The notes below the pieces were generated by a model. The model saw only the letters and a list, made by a program, of their open reading frames with translations. It did not search any database and was not told the origin of the DNA. Positions 1-9,422 of a stretch of DNA of 64,000 bases are shown in pieces (positions within the stretch are counted from its first letter, which is position 1; each line of letters starts with the position of its first letter). This DNA is from Promethearchaeota archaeon. GTDB taxonomy: Archaea; Asgardarchaeota; Lokiarchaeia; Sigyniarchaeales; SOKP01. The stretch covers positions 3,914 through 67,913 of the forward strand of contig JBHLNS010000003.1 in the NCBI GenBank assembly GCA_048941285.1, in the 5' to 3' direction. Position numbers and translations under genes: made by a program.

Positions 1-211
1 ATTATTAAATTTTACAGTAAAAAAAATGTTCCTTTGGATATATTTCGTGAAGAATTTAAATAACGAAATATTCTATTAATTTTTATTTTAATATATTAAT
101 AGATATTATTATAATTTAGTATTTATAATTCCTTTGTGATATTTTAACTTTTTGCCTAAACTAATTATAACAAAAATAAGACTTTGTCATTTATGAAAAA
201 CATAAAATAAT

Positions 212-451
212 TCATTCAAACTCAATATAAATTTTTCCAAGTCTAATTTTATAATTACACCATAAAATTAATTTACTGTACCTATCTCCAATATGTCCTT
301 CTCGAATAATGAAATTTATAACATCTGAGTACATAATTCTTCTTCTCCCTTTTATTTTCTTCTTAAGTATTTCAATAATATGTTCTAATATTTTAGAATT
401 ATTGATTGAAAGATTTTTAATTTGATTTAAATTATTAGATGTCTGGCTCAT
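212..451 (-). CDS. hypothetical small basic protein (79 aa)
   Basis: Uninterrupted ORF in the track with a KKKIKGRRR basic patch. No family recognised. Short ORFs are unreliable in such AT-rich DNA. Confidence 0.3.
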   Translation of the reverse strand: MSQTSNNLNQIKNLSINNSKILEHIIEILKKKIKGRRRIMYSDVINFIIREGHIGDRYSKLILWCNYKIRLGKIYIEFE

Positions 452-482
452 TACAATTCAGGTCTATTGGGTAATTTTTTTT

Positions 483-504
483 CATGTTAAATCAACATGT
501 TAAA
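483..504. repeat. direct repeat CATGTTAAA (483-491 and 496-504), which also forms the palindrome CATGTT..AACATG
   Basis: Read directly as ttCATGTTAAAtcaaCATGTTAAAatt. It lies in the divergent intergenic region between 212-451(-) and the TFB paralog at 686-1708(+). Confidence 0.5.
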
Positions 505-685
505 ATTAATATAGATCTCAATTAATACTTATAAATTACAAGATTTTTACTTTCAATCTTCTCTCTCATTCTCTAAATAATTTCGTTTTATTTAATAGGA
601 AAGTAGTGCTTACTGAAGGGTTTGTTATTCTCCAAAATCAATATAACACAGTTTTAGAATCTTAAACTTAATACAACACTTAAAC

Positions 686-1708
686 GTGATGAAAATTAGC
701 TCGATTAAAAGTTATAAAGAAGAAAATGATAAATGTCCTGAATGTGAAGGAAAAGTAATTGTAAATAGCTATGAAAAAATCTGTAAAGAATGTGGCTTAG
801 TTATCAATAACTTTTTTAAAGAATCTGCTTTCATTTTTAATGATTTAAAAATTAAACATGGTTTAAATAAACAATATGTTGCCTTAGGTGAACGAACTGA
901 CTTCATCGGGGGCTTGGGTTCATTTATTGATTTTGAAAAGTCCAAATATTTAAAAGATAAAAATGGAAAACTTCTTCCTCCGAATGATCAAAAATTATTT
1001 AGGAGATTAAAAAAACATTACGCTCAATTTTTACGTATTAAAAACCATGAAACAGAATACAGAGTGTTTAACATTTTAAACAAAATTACATTATTTCTTA
1101 ATCTTAATAAAAACATCCGAAATAATGCTGCTTACTATTACAAAAAAATAATCAAAACTGAAGAAAAAGTAATCAATAATATATCTTTGATTGCGTTTTG
1201 CATTTTTTTTGCAGCAAGAAAAGAGTTCCATAATGCTCCTATAACTATTAATGAAATTTCAAACGCGTTTCAAAATTTTGGGCATCGGGTAAACCCGCGA
1301 TTAATTTTAAGGGATGGAATAAGGTATAAACGTCATTTAAATCATGATACAACACCTCATAAAAGCGAAGATTATCTCATCAGATTGATAGATGAAGTAA
1401 TAAAACATAAATCACTAAAAGACAGATTAATAAGAAAAGAAGTAATATGGTCTGAAAGTGAATTTCAAAATCAGTTGATTATGAAATGCCGTGAAATTTT
1501 AAAAGAATTACCCATATGGCAAAGAGGTGGCCGAAATCCTTTTATTTTAACTGGTGCGATAATATATTTAGCAGATAAATTATTAGCTAAAGATTATGCC
1601 CAAAAAACGATTCTCACGCAAAAAATTATCTCAGAAGCTACTAAAATTGCAGAATATTCAATAAGAGACCACTATGTAAATCTTTTAAAGCCAATGTTTA
1701 TTGGGTAA
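686..1708 (+). CDS. divergent TFIIB/TFB-like transcription factor paralog (340 aa)
   Basis: N-terminal zinc ribbon CPECEGK...CKECG is followed by about 300 aa of helical sequence. This is the same layout as the canonical TFB at 24290-25177, but the sequence is much more divergent. The start is ambiguous between GTG at 686 and ATG at 689. Confidence 0.65.
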   Translation: MMKISSIKSYKEENDKCPECEGKVIVNSYEKICKECGLVINNFFKESAFIFNDLKIKHGLNKQYVALGERTDFIGGLGSFIDFEKSKYLKDKNGKLLPPNDQKLFRRLKKHYAQFLRIKNHETEYRVFNILNKITLFLNLNKNIRNNAAYYYKKIIKTEEKVINNISLIAFCIFFAARKEFHNAPITINEISNAFQNFGHRVNPRLILRDGIRYKRHLNHDTTPHKSEDYLIRLIDEVIKHKSLKDRLIRKEVIWSESEFQNQLIMKCREILKELPIWQRGGRNPFILTGAIIYLADKLLAKDYAQKTILTQKIISEATKIAEYSIRDHYVNLLKPMFIG

Positions 1709-1874
1709 CTCACATTCTAATAATTTTATTAATTTTCAAATAGTTTTAATCTACTTCTCAATTAATTACGATGAGTGATTGACCGAAATAAAAGATGAAG
1801 TTAGAGTGTATCAAATTTTTTAAATTATATAAATTTAATATAATTAGCGTTATAGAATAAAATACACATTTTTT

Positions 1875-1986
1875 GCTTCTGTAGTGTAGCACGGTCAATC
1901 TACTATAGTTTCCTTTGGACTATGGTTTGGATTACGCATACGAGGCTCTCACCCTCGGGACCCGGGTTCGAATCCCGGCAGAAGCA
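1875..1986 (+). tRNA. intron-containing tRNA, most likely tRNA-Glu(CUC)
   Basis: Acceptor stem GCTTCTG/CAGAAGC plus discriminator A. T arm is CCGGG-TTCGAAT-CCCGG. Anticodon arm is CGAGG-CTCTCAC-CCTCG, with anticodon CTC at 1948-1950. The gene is 112 nt long, so about 37 nt of extra sequence sits between the D-loop and the anticodon stem. Confidence 0.7.
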
Positions 1987-2070
1987 TCAATTTACTACAA
2001 TTATTGTTATGAGAAATTTTGAAGTTTAGTTATGTCAATTAATAAATAGATCTAAAAGATATTTATATGA

Positions 2071-2478
2071 TTATTTTTCTCTATAGATGGAAATTTTATT
2101 AAGTATGTCAAGACAATTTAATAAAATATTTGTATAACTTTTAATTACAGATAATTCAGTTTCACTACTCAATTTTATAGTAATTTTCTCTATTTTCTCA
2201 AATACAACGGATTCTAATGAGTTTAAAGACTCAATTTTTCTATTATTGAGATGATTTTCTTGTTTTTTTTGATAAATATCTGCTTTTTCGACTACATTTG
2301 CTTCATTTGAATTATCTTTGACCATTAAAACAGTTCTATTGCAGGTTGGGCAAAACTTATTACCATCCTTATTACGGAAAATTGGGTTGTTACAAACAGG
2401 ACAAGCGATATTTAGCATAGTATTTCCAGATCTAAGAAGTTCTGCCATTTTTTTGATATTTTCGTTTATTCTGATCAC
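2071..2478 (-). CDS. zinc-ribbon protein, UPF0148 / autoantigen-p27-like
   Basis: N-terminal MAELLRSGNTML..CPVCNNPIF..GNKFCPTCN pattern followed by a coiled-coil-like tail. The family was recalled from memory of this motif. Confidence 0.5.
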   Translation of the reverse strand: MIRINENIKKMAELLRSGNTMLNIACPVCNNPIFRNKDGNKFCPTCNRTVLMVKDNSNEANVVEKADIYQKKQENHLNNRKIESLNSLESVVFEKIEKITIKLSSETELSVIKSYTNILLNCLDILNKISIYREK

Positions 2479-2536
2479 TACCTTTATTATTATTGCAATT
2501 TAAATTAAAGAATGAGATTATCAAATTTACTTAATT

Positions 2537-2731
2537 TTATTCATTTTCTCGAATTTTTAATAAATTTACAATATACCCTGAGATTCGATTTCTTAAGTGT
2601 TTTGAATCTACTTCGAGATATTTATCTAACAGTCTCTTGTTATTTTCAAAATCAGTTGTAAACACATTTGGGTATTTGTTTATTAATTCTTTCGAGACAT
2701 TTTTAATTAAAACAGTTCTTACTTTACCCAT
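2537..2731 (-). CDS. rps17e: 30S ribosomal protein eS17 (64 aa)
   Basis: The internal Met starts MGKVRTVLIKNVSKELINKYPNVFTTDFENNKRLL..RNRISGYI, a typical eS17 N-terminus. The 46 codons upstream in the track ORF look non-coding. Confidence 0.8.
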   Translation of the reverse strand: MGKVRTVLIKNVSKELINKYPNVFTTDFENNKRLLDKYLEVDSKHLRNRISGYIVNLLKIRENE

Positions 2732-2838
2732 CTGAATTGCATCTATTAATCTTTTCTTATTTTGAAAATAAATATTTGATAAAATAAAATTTTTTGGAAT
2801 TATTTGAGTTTTTATAGTTTTAGCTAGAACATTATGGT

Positions 2839-4062
2839 GTGAAGAAAAGATATTTAGTGATACTCCCAATCTTAATATTAGTAGAAATTTTAAGTGTTAT
2901 TAATTTAGTAAATGCTTTTGATTGTAATCTAATATGTCTAAACACAAATAAAACCAAATATTATAGAGATGAATTTGTTAAAATAAATGCCTCTTGGATT
3001 ATGAATTACGATGATAAAACAGAAATTGCTTATACCCAAATTCATATAACGGATTTTTTTGATAATTTTGTTTGGAATTCATCAAAATACTACCAAATTG
3101 GATTACATCAAGGGAATTGGACTGTAAATTTCGAAGATTTGAATTTAAGTATAGAAAATTCATCCCATATTCTTTTTATAAAATTTTTTGTATCTTTTTT
3201 TCATATTGATACTTCAAGTACAATGTGTTATTATCTTGAAACAATAGAAATTAGAGTTATGAAAAGAAATATATCATGTGAATTAATTGGATATAAGGAT
3301 CAGATAAAAGTAGGCGAAGATTTATCTTTAATAGCTAAATTTTATAGTAAATTTTCTGAACATAATCAATTATTAATTAATCAGACAATAGACTTTATGG
3401 TTTCTTTTAATGATTTAATTATATATCAAAAAAATTATATGACAAATTCATCGGGTGTTATTCAGATTTACCTGATTTCACTCAAGCATTTAAAGCTTGG
3501 GAAGAATATTTTAACTTTTTCAATCACAAATAACAATTTATATAATGATTCAAAATTTGTATATGAAATTTACGTCGATAAATACGACTTAGTCATTGAA
3601 GTTGTTGATTTTAATAATAGAATAGAAATTGATGAAGATTTGGACATAAAATTATCTCTCCATTATAATATTAATCAATCAGATATAATTTTAGTAAATT
3701 ATAAAATATTGATAAAGATTTTTGATAATAAATCATTAACATTCATCAATGAATATTGGACTGATAAATCTGGAGTTTTAGAAATCTCAATTTCTCAAAA
3801 TTCCTTTAATTATAATCAAGAGATAAAAGATTTCATCATTAAAATTTTTTTAAATGAATCAAATTATTTTAATAATGAAACTTTAATATTGAATCTTGAT
3901 GTACATCAAAATATTTATTCAAAAATATTAAATTCATTTCAAATGAAAATTTTTTCTTTTACGTCAATTCTTATTGCCATTCTAATATTTCTCTCATATA
4001 TAATCATTAACAAAAAAAGTAAAAATGAAAAAGCGCTTACCGAATTGATCATTAGATATTAG
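2839..4062 (+). CDS. secreted, C-terminally membrane-anchored surface protein with two Ig-like repeat modules
   Basis: GTG start. N-terminal signal-like segment KKRYLVILPILILVEILSVINLVNA. Many N-x-S/T sequons. Two similar beta-rich modules (..VGEDLSLIAKF...TNSSGVIQIY.. and ..IDEDLDIKLSL...TDKSGVLEIS..). C-terminal TM segment plus a basic tail. Confidence 0.5.
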   Translation: MKKRYLVILPILILVEILSVINLVNAFDCNLICLNTNKTKYYRDEFVKINASWIMNYDDKTEIAYTQIHITDFFDNFVWNSSKYYQIGLHQGNWTVNFEDLNLSIENSSHILFIKFFVSFFHIDTSSTMCYYLETIEIRVMKRNISCELIGYKDQIKVGEDLSLIAKFYSKFSEHNQLLINQTIDFMVSFNDLIIYQKNYMTNSSGVIQIYLISLKHLKLGKNILTFSITNNNLYNDSKFVYEIYVDKYDLVIEVVDFNNRIEIDEDLDIKLSLHYNINQSDIILVNYKILIKIFDNKSLTFINEYWTDKSGVLEISISQNSFNYNQEIKDFIIKIFLNESNYFNNETLILNLDVHQNIYSKILNSFQMKIFSFTSILIAILIFLSYIIINKKSKNEKALTELIIRY

Positions 4063-4258
4063 ATTAGATAGAAAGGTCATTAAAATTATAAGTTCTCTAT
4101 TGTTGTTGTAAAAACAAATTATTCTTGTATCAAAAGATTTTTTTTAAAAGAAATTGTATTTTTCTTTATTATAAATTCAGAATTTAATGTTAAAAAATTA
4201 ATACTCTGTCTTTTCTTATAAACGAATGGTTTCTTAAATCTCCATAAAATCCCATTAT

Positions 4259-5473
4259 ATGAATTATATACATATGGAGTACTTTGAAGAATTATTAAAA
4301 AGAGAATCATTGTTCAAGGACGAAGGTAAACTTGATATAAATTATATTCCAAATAAATTACCTCATAGGGATAAGGAGCTTTCATTGTTGTCCCAACTTT
4401 TTCTAGGATTAATTACTAATCCAAATTCAATATCGAGAAAAATATTAATAACCGGAAAAACTGGTATAGGAAAAACTGTTACTGTAAAATTGTTTGGGAG
4501 AATATTAGAAAATGTTTCAAAAAGACGAGATATAAATATAAGATATGCTCATGTCAATTGTAGAAAAGAAAGAACTAGTTATAAGGTCTTAATCCGGTTA
4601 ATCCAATTGTTAAATTCTCAATTTCCAAAAAGAGGTTATTCTTTACAAGATTTATTAGATGTCTTAATTGAAATTCTTAATCATTATAATATACATATAT
4701 TAGTTGTTCTGGATGAATTAAGCTACTTAATAAACAAAAATGAAGATTTGATTTATTTGTTAACAAGAATCAATGATGACAACTCTAATGGTGACCAAAG
4801 ATTATCAATAATCGGAATTGTAAGAGATCTCTCATGTTTGAATAATTTAGATAACAGTACAATGAGCACACTACAAAGAAATATATTAAAATTTGAAAAT
4901 TATTCTGAAGATCAGATTTTTAATATTTTAAAATACCGAGTAGAAGATAGCCTTAAAAAAAATGTATTATCTGATAAGTTGATAAAAATGATAGCTGAAA
5001 TAACTTCTCGTTCGGGGGATGTAAGACACGGATTGAATATTATATGGAGGTCTTGTAAAATTGCTGAAAGTAAGAATCTAAAATATATCAATGCTGAATG
5101 TGTTAGATTGGGAAACCAAGATCTACTCCCTTATTCTACATTAGATGTTTTAGAATACATGAGTTCTCAAAAATTATCATTCTTACTTGCTATTACCAAA
5201 GCTTTATATAACCATGATAATATTAAAATCACTTTTAATGAAGCCTTAAAAAGATATTACATGATATGTGAAAATATTGGACTAAAACCAAGATCTAATT
5301 CTCAGCTTTGGAACTATCTACAAGAATTTAAAAAAGATAATCTTTTAGAAACCAGAATTCTTAGCGAAAAAATTAAAGGTAGGCAGACTATCATCGCAAT
5401 TCCTGATTTAAGTTTGCCTAATTTAGAAAGAAACACAATAGAAATGCTTAACTCCAAAGGCTTTAAAATATGA
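4259..5473 (+). CDS. cdc6: Orc1/Cdc6 replication initiator
   Basis: LPHRDKEL motif, Walker A GKTGIGKT, Walker B VVLDELSYL, and a C-terminal winged-helix-length tail. Confidence 0.9.
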   Translation: MNYIHMEYFEELLKRESLFKDEGKLDINYIPNKLPHRDKELSLLSQLFLGLITNPNSISRKILITGKTGIGKTVTVKLFGRILENVSKRRDINIRYAHVNCRKERTSYKVLIRLIQLLNSQFPKRGYSLQDLLDVLIEILNHYNIHILVVLDELSYLINKNEDLIYLLTRINDDNSNGDQRLSIIGIVRDLSCLNNLDNSTMSTLQRNILKFENYSEDQIFNILKYRVEDSLKKNVLSDKLIKMIAEITSRSGDVRHGLNIIWRSCKIAESKNLKYINAECVRLGNQDLLPYSTLDVLEYMSSQKLSFLLAITKALYNHDNIKITFNEALKRYYMICENIGLKPRSNSQLWNYLQEFKKDNLLETRILSEKIKGRQTIIAIPDLSLPNLERNTIEMLNSKGFKI

Positions 5474-5763
5474 TTAATAACCAATTAAAAAATAAAAATT
5501 TAATTGAGGATTTATTAGGATCAAGAGCTAGAGTTAAAATCTTAAAAATTCTGGCTAAATTTGATGAATTAACAATTTCATTAATTATTACAAAAACCAG
5601 GTTAAATTATTCCTGTGTTTTAAAACATCTAAATTTTCTAATATTGCATAACTTAATTCAAGAAAAGAAGTTTGGTAGAATAAAAATCTTTAGGTTTAAA
5701 TTAGAAAATATGAAAGCGAGGAGTCTTAAAAATTTTATAGAAATTTGGGAAGGTGATTATTAG
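5470..5763 (+). CDS. small winged-helix (ArsR-like) DNA-binding protein
   Basis: Pattern LGSRARVKILKILAKFDELTISLIITKTRLNYSCVLKHLNFLILHNLI..KKFGRIKIFRF. Its ATG overlaps the cdc6 stop as ATGA at 5470-5473. Confidence 0.6.
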   Translation: MINNQLKNKNLIEDLLGSRARVKILKILAKFDELTISLIITKTRLNYSCVLKHLNFLILHNLIQEKKFGRIKIFRFKLENMKARSLKNFIEIWEGDY

Positions 5764-5766
5764 TAT

Positions 5767-6437
5767 ATGGACTTATTGATTTTATCTTTAACTATAATAT
5801 ATTTAAGTATAACATTTTTCATAACTTCGTATTTTGATATTAAATATCGTAAAGTCCCAAAAAAATTTTTTAAGTTAGCATTTGTCTGCATTACTTTTCT
5901 ATATATAATTGAATATTATAGAGCTCCGCATCATTTCTTATTATTTATTTTTGTCAAATTTTTTTTTTTTTAATTGTTTTTATCCTTTCTTTTCTCTTAT
6001 TTATTTTAAAAATAATAGGCGGAAGTGATGGGAAACTTATAATTATGATTTTTTTAATTCACCCTTTAAAATATGTAAATCTGTTTTTTGTTTTTTCATT
6101 TTTTTTATGGTTTTCATTATTTTTTATTATTTTATTCTTGCAGAACTTTATTTTAAACTCTTTATTTAAAAATAATATTGTATTTATATCGTTCTTTGAC
6201 TTATATTCAAAATTCTCAGTCTTTAAGAGATTATATATCAAAAGTTTTTTCAAATTCTTAAATTATTCAAAATTGAGTGATTACAAAGAAGAAAAAATGT
6301 TCCTTAAATCTCTCTTGTTAGTTTTTAATAATAGAGAAAAGAAATTTCAGGTATTAATTCAATATAGACCTCCACTTATTTTATTAATTATCTTTACATA
6401 CTTCATTTCTTGGTTTATTAGACTAGCGATTAATTAA
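5767..6437 (+). pseudogene. A24-family archaeal prepilin/preflagellin peptidase (PibD/FlaK/TadV-like), split by a frameshift in a T13 tract
   Basis: ORF 5767-5973 carries the first Asp motif, SYFDIKYRKVP. The frame open from 5922 to 6437 carries the second, KIIGGSDGKL, upstream of the track's ATG at 6045. The two frames meet in the T run at 5959-5971. Joined length is about 222 aa, which is normal for this family. Confidence 0.65.
5959..5971 (+). repeat. homopolymer T13 at the peptidase frameshift site
   Basis: Counted directly in the sequence. Confidence 0.9.
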
Positions 6438-6517
6438 TAAATATCGAATTAATTTTAAATTTAATAATTTTTATTAGATTAATGAACCATAATAATTTTT
6501 AACGGGAAAAATAAATA

Positions 6518-6910
6518 ATGGAGATAGAAAAAACTCGAGAAACATCATGGAAAATTCAACTAAAGAATAAAAATGAAAATATTGAAATTACTTCTGTTGA
6601 AATTAGTGGTGAAGTTCGCATAATTAAGTTGGCACTCCTAAATAACGATAAAACAGTTAAAGTTGAGATGAATAAAGAAGAATTTTTTAATTTTCTATCT
6701 TTAATCTCTGCATTTAAAGATGTGGTTATCGGGGAAGAATCTCTTACAATTGAGGAAGAGCTAGAACTAATTGATGACCGTCAAAGCGAAATTCAACAAG
6801 AAATCCCAAAATTAGATGATAATTTATATCAATTACATACTGATACTGCTGAAAAAAACTATGAAAATGAAGATGAAGAATTAAACCCGGAAGAATGGGA
6901 TCCTTGGTAA
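6518..6910 (+). CDS. hypothetical acidic protein (130 aa)
   Basis: Clean ORF with a very acidic C-terminal half ending in NPEEWDPW. No family recognised. Confidence 0.45.
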   Translation: MEIEKTRETSWKIQLKNKNENIEITSVEISGEVRIIKLALLNNDKTVKVEMNKEEFFNFLSLISAFKDVVIGEESLTIEEELELIDDRQSEIQQEIPKLDDNLYQLHTDTAEKNYENEDEELNPEEWDPW

Positions 6911-6915
6911 AAATT

Positions 6916-7404
6916 CTACTTTATTTTCTCAATTTTATACTCGCAGAATTCTAAGTTTAGATCCTCTAAACAACATTGAGTTTCAGAAACATTTACTTTA
7001 TAAAGGGCAAATTCTCCAATGCCTGATAACATTCCCGTTATAAAATAGCAAAAATATTTAGATTTGTTTTCCAGTTGTGATGAAATATTATGAAAGAGAT
7101 TTAAGATAATTAACTCCTCAGTAATTTGTTTTGGCACAAAACGACCCCATCCATGATTACTTAATATATTACAGCATTGATTAATTAAATCTTCTAAGGT
7201 CTTTGGTTGTATATTTTCATCCCAATCTTGTATTAGATTCCAACCAGCCTTCTTGCCAAGCCAAACTAATAATGATTTTACCCCTTCTCCGTAAATAGAT
7301 GATAAGATATCAATTACTTGAGGAGGAAAAAACACAAATCGATCATTATAGAGGTGATATTTACCTTTATTATATTTAAGTCCTTTTAATTTTAAACCTC
7401 TCAT
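6916..7404 (-). CDS. V4R (4-vinyl reductase / TRAPP Bet3-like) domain protein
   Basis: Pattern ..LSNHGWGRFVP....CYFITGMLSGIGEFAL..VNVSETQCCLEDLNLEFCEY, which matches the remembered V4R signature (GWG ... C.f..G.l.G ... E..C...G...C.f). Confidence 0.55.
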   Translation of the reverse strand: MRGLKLKGLKYNKGKYHLYNDRFVFFPPQVIDILSSIYGEGVKSLLVWLGKKAGWNLIQDWDENIQPKTLEDLINQCCNILSNHGWGRFVPKQITEELIILNLFHNISSQLENKSKYFCYFITGMLSGIGEFALYKVNVSETQCCLEDLNLEFCEYKIEKIK

Positions 7405-7564
7405 AATTATTATCAGCTTTTTTTCTTATATAATATTTTCTAACACTGCTACTATTTATAAAAAATTGATTTTCAAGTTTATAAAAATAATTTTGAATAA
7501 TTAAATTTATTAAAAATAATAATACGAGCCCTTTAAATAATTTCTAGAGCATATTGTTCAAGAA

Positions 7565-7864
7565 ATGTTAGAATTTAATATCTTATTATTTGAAATTTTA
7601 TTAATTTTAAGTATTTTTATTTTTATTTTCATATATTCTGCATTTTCTGTTGATATGCTTACAACCTTAGTTTCTCTTTTAATTTTTCTAATTCTATTAA
7701 TTCCTTTTTACATAGGACTAGAAAGATTGGAAGTTATAATATATATAAACGATTTAGAATCTATAAATTTTTTTAAGTTAATTTTCTTTTATTCAATACT
7801 CATAAATATCTTTATTGGATTATTTCTAGTTGTTCAAACCATTTACCTTATCGGTTTTTCTTAA
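7565..7864 (+). CDS. hypothetical small membrane protein
   Basis: Three hydrophobic segments. No family recognised. Confidence 0.35.
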   Translation: MLEFNILLFEILLILSIFIFIFIYSAFSVDMLTTLVSLLIFLILLIPFYIGLERLEVIIYINDLESINFFKLIFFYSILINIFIGLFLVVQTIYLIGFS

Positions 7865-7882
7865 TAATATAATAAGGCTGCT

Positions 7883-9409
7883 TTAAAAAAAATTCAATGC
7901 ATTAATGTAAGAAGAAATAAAGGTTAGAATAAAAATTAGGTTAGAAATAATAATAATAAGAAGCTTATTCTGATAATTAATTACTTTCAAGAAATAATTA
8001 GAAGTAATTGAAATACTTGATATAAAGACAATAAAAATCAATAAAGTATAGTAAAAATTCGCCATATTGCTAAAATCAATTAAAAATGTAGGATTAATTG
8101 AATTAATATTCCTTGTTATTAATAGAAAGAAAGGAACCATACCTGATATTCCCCCAATTAATATTGGTAAAAGAAAAATAAAGAAAAATATTTTAAATTT
8201 CTCTCCTTTCATTATAATTTCGAGTTTTTTTTCAAGCCTTTGATGATTATAAAGTATATTTAATATTTCTGTAATTTTTTCGTTGGAATAATATGGATTT
8301 TCTGTAACAAATTTTTCGATAAGATCTAATATTAATGAGCATCTTTTTGAGTTTAATTCTAGTTTAAAATATTGTATCATTTCATAGAAGGAACAATTGA
8401 AATTCAATAGCCGAGATAATTGATTCTTAAGAGTTTTCCCTAATACTAGAAATAAATTTTTATTCTGTGAATATGATTTTAGGAAGGCTTTTTCAGGTGA
8501 AAAATTATTCTTTAAATTTGCAGCAAAACTACTTAAAAATAGTAAAAATTCTTTAAATTTTTTCTTTTCTACACCAGAATAGTCATTTAAGACACCAATC
8601 ATATAGGAATTTACTTTTATAAATTTTCGGCATAAAAAATTTAAAATTAGTAAAAAGGAAGGAATTAAGACCATTAGAGTGAATATATTTACTAATTGAA
8701 ATAGAATCAAAAAACATAGGCCAATTGGAAAAAAAACACCAATAAAAAATAAAATGCTTATTTTTGATTGAATCTCTTTTAAATAAATTCTAAAATTCTT
8801 TTCTAACATAGTTTCTTTATCTTTATCAAATGAATAGTCAAAATCAAAATTATTAATCAATAGATTGTTCAAGTATAGATTAAAATCCCTTGATGGTGTT
8901 AAAATTCTCATCAGTTCGTTTTCAGGGATTTCGCCTTCATGAATTTTGACCAAAATATTTTTGAATTGATTCTGAATTGGAAGATTATATTCTTTAATTA
9001 ACTTTATAAAACTTAAATGAAAATCAGAATTAGATTTTAATGTTTTCCTTACTAAAGAAAAATGTATTTTGATTAAATGAAGCATAGCATTAATTTCTAC
9101 CTCTTTTTTTTTAATATCATGGAAAATGATTAAATTGAATCTATAGGAGATAAATAAACTGAGGATTATTGAATATAATATTATTATGAGAATATTGAAT
9201 TTTATAATAATGATTGATAAAAAAAACGAAACACTAAATGATATTATGCAGATTATAAAACTTGCTCTATTAACGTCATCTTTATCAATTTCATATAAAT
9301 TTCTGTACAATTGACTATAATGTTCATTCAACTCCTTAAATTTTGTCTTAGGTAAATAAGGATTTTTGAACTTTTTACAAAAATTAACGTAATTCTTAAG
9401 AGACTTCAT
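7883..9409 (-). CDS. polytopic membrane protein, FlaJ/TadC/PilC-like platform candidate
   Basis: Multiple TM clusters separated by soluble helical domains. It lies in the same operon directly downstream of the secretion ATPase. The assignment rests on architecture and context only. Confidence 0.5.
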   Translation of the reverse strand: MKSLKNYVNFCKKFKNPYLPKTKFKELNEHYSQLYRNLYEIDKDDVNRASFIICIISFSVSFFLSIIIIKFNILIIILYSIILSLFISYRFNLIIFHDIKKKEVEINAMLHLIKIHFSLVRKTLKSNSDFHLSFIKLIKEYNLPIQNQFKNILVKIHEGEIPENELMRILTPSRDFNLYLNNLLINNFDFDYSFDKDKETMLEKNFRIYLKEIQSKISILFFIGVFFPIGLCFLILFQLVNIFTLMVLIPSFLLILNFLCRKFIKVNSYMIGVLNDYSGVEKKKFKEFLLFLSSFAANLKNNFSPEKAFLKSYSQNKNLFLVLGKTLKNQLSRLLNFNCSFYEMIQYFKLELNSKRCSLILDLIEKFVTENPYYSNEKITEILNILYNHQRLEKKLEIIMKGEKFKIFFFIFLLPILIGGISGMVPFFLLITRNINSINPTFLIDFSNMANFYYTLLIFIVFISSISITSNYFLKVINYQNKLLIIIISNLIFILTFISSYINALNFF

Positions 9410-9422
9410 ATAATTTAGAATA

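Noticed and set aside
1875-1986. Alternative reading of the long tRNA as a class II tRNA with a long variable arm. In that reading the anticodon arm would be ATAGT-loop-ACTAT.
   Set aside because: It would need a 9-nt anticodon loop and a ~38-nt variable arm, both outside known ranges. The intron model gives a normal cloverleaf.
2732-2869. A 46-codon N-terminal extension of the eS17 ORF in the track (110 aa).
   Set aside because: eS17 proteins begin at MGKVRT. The extension has no counterpart, and it would overlap the start of the 2839-4062 gene.
4063-4258. Possible replication origin (ORB elements) upstream of orc1/cdc6.
   Set aside because: I found only one weak ORB-like word (aTCTCCAtaaaatccc) and no inverted or repeated copies. 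The location is plausible, but the sequence gives no support that I can see.
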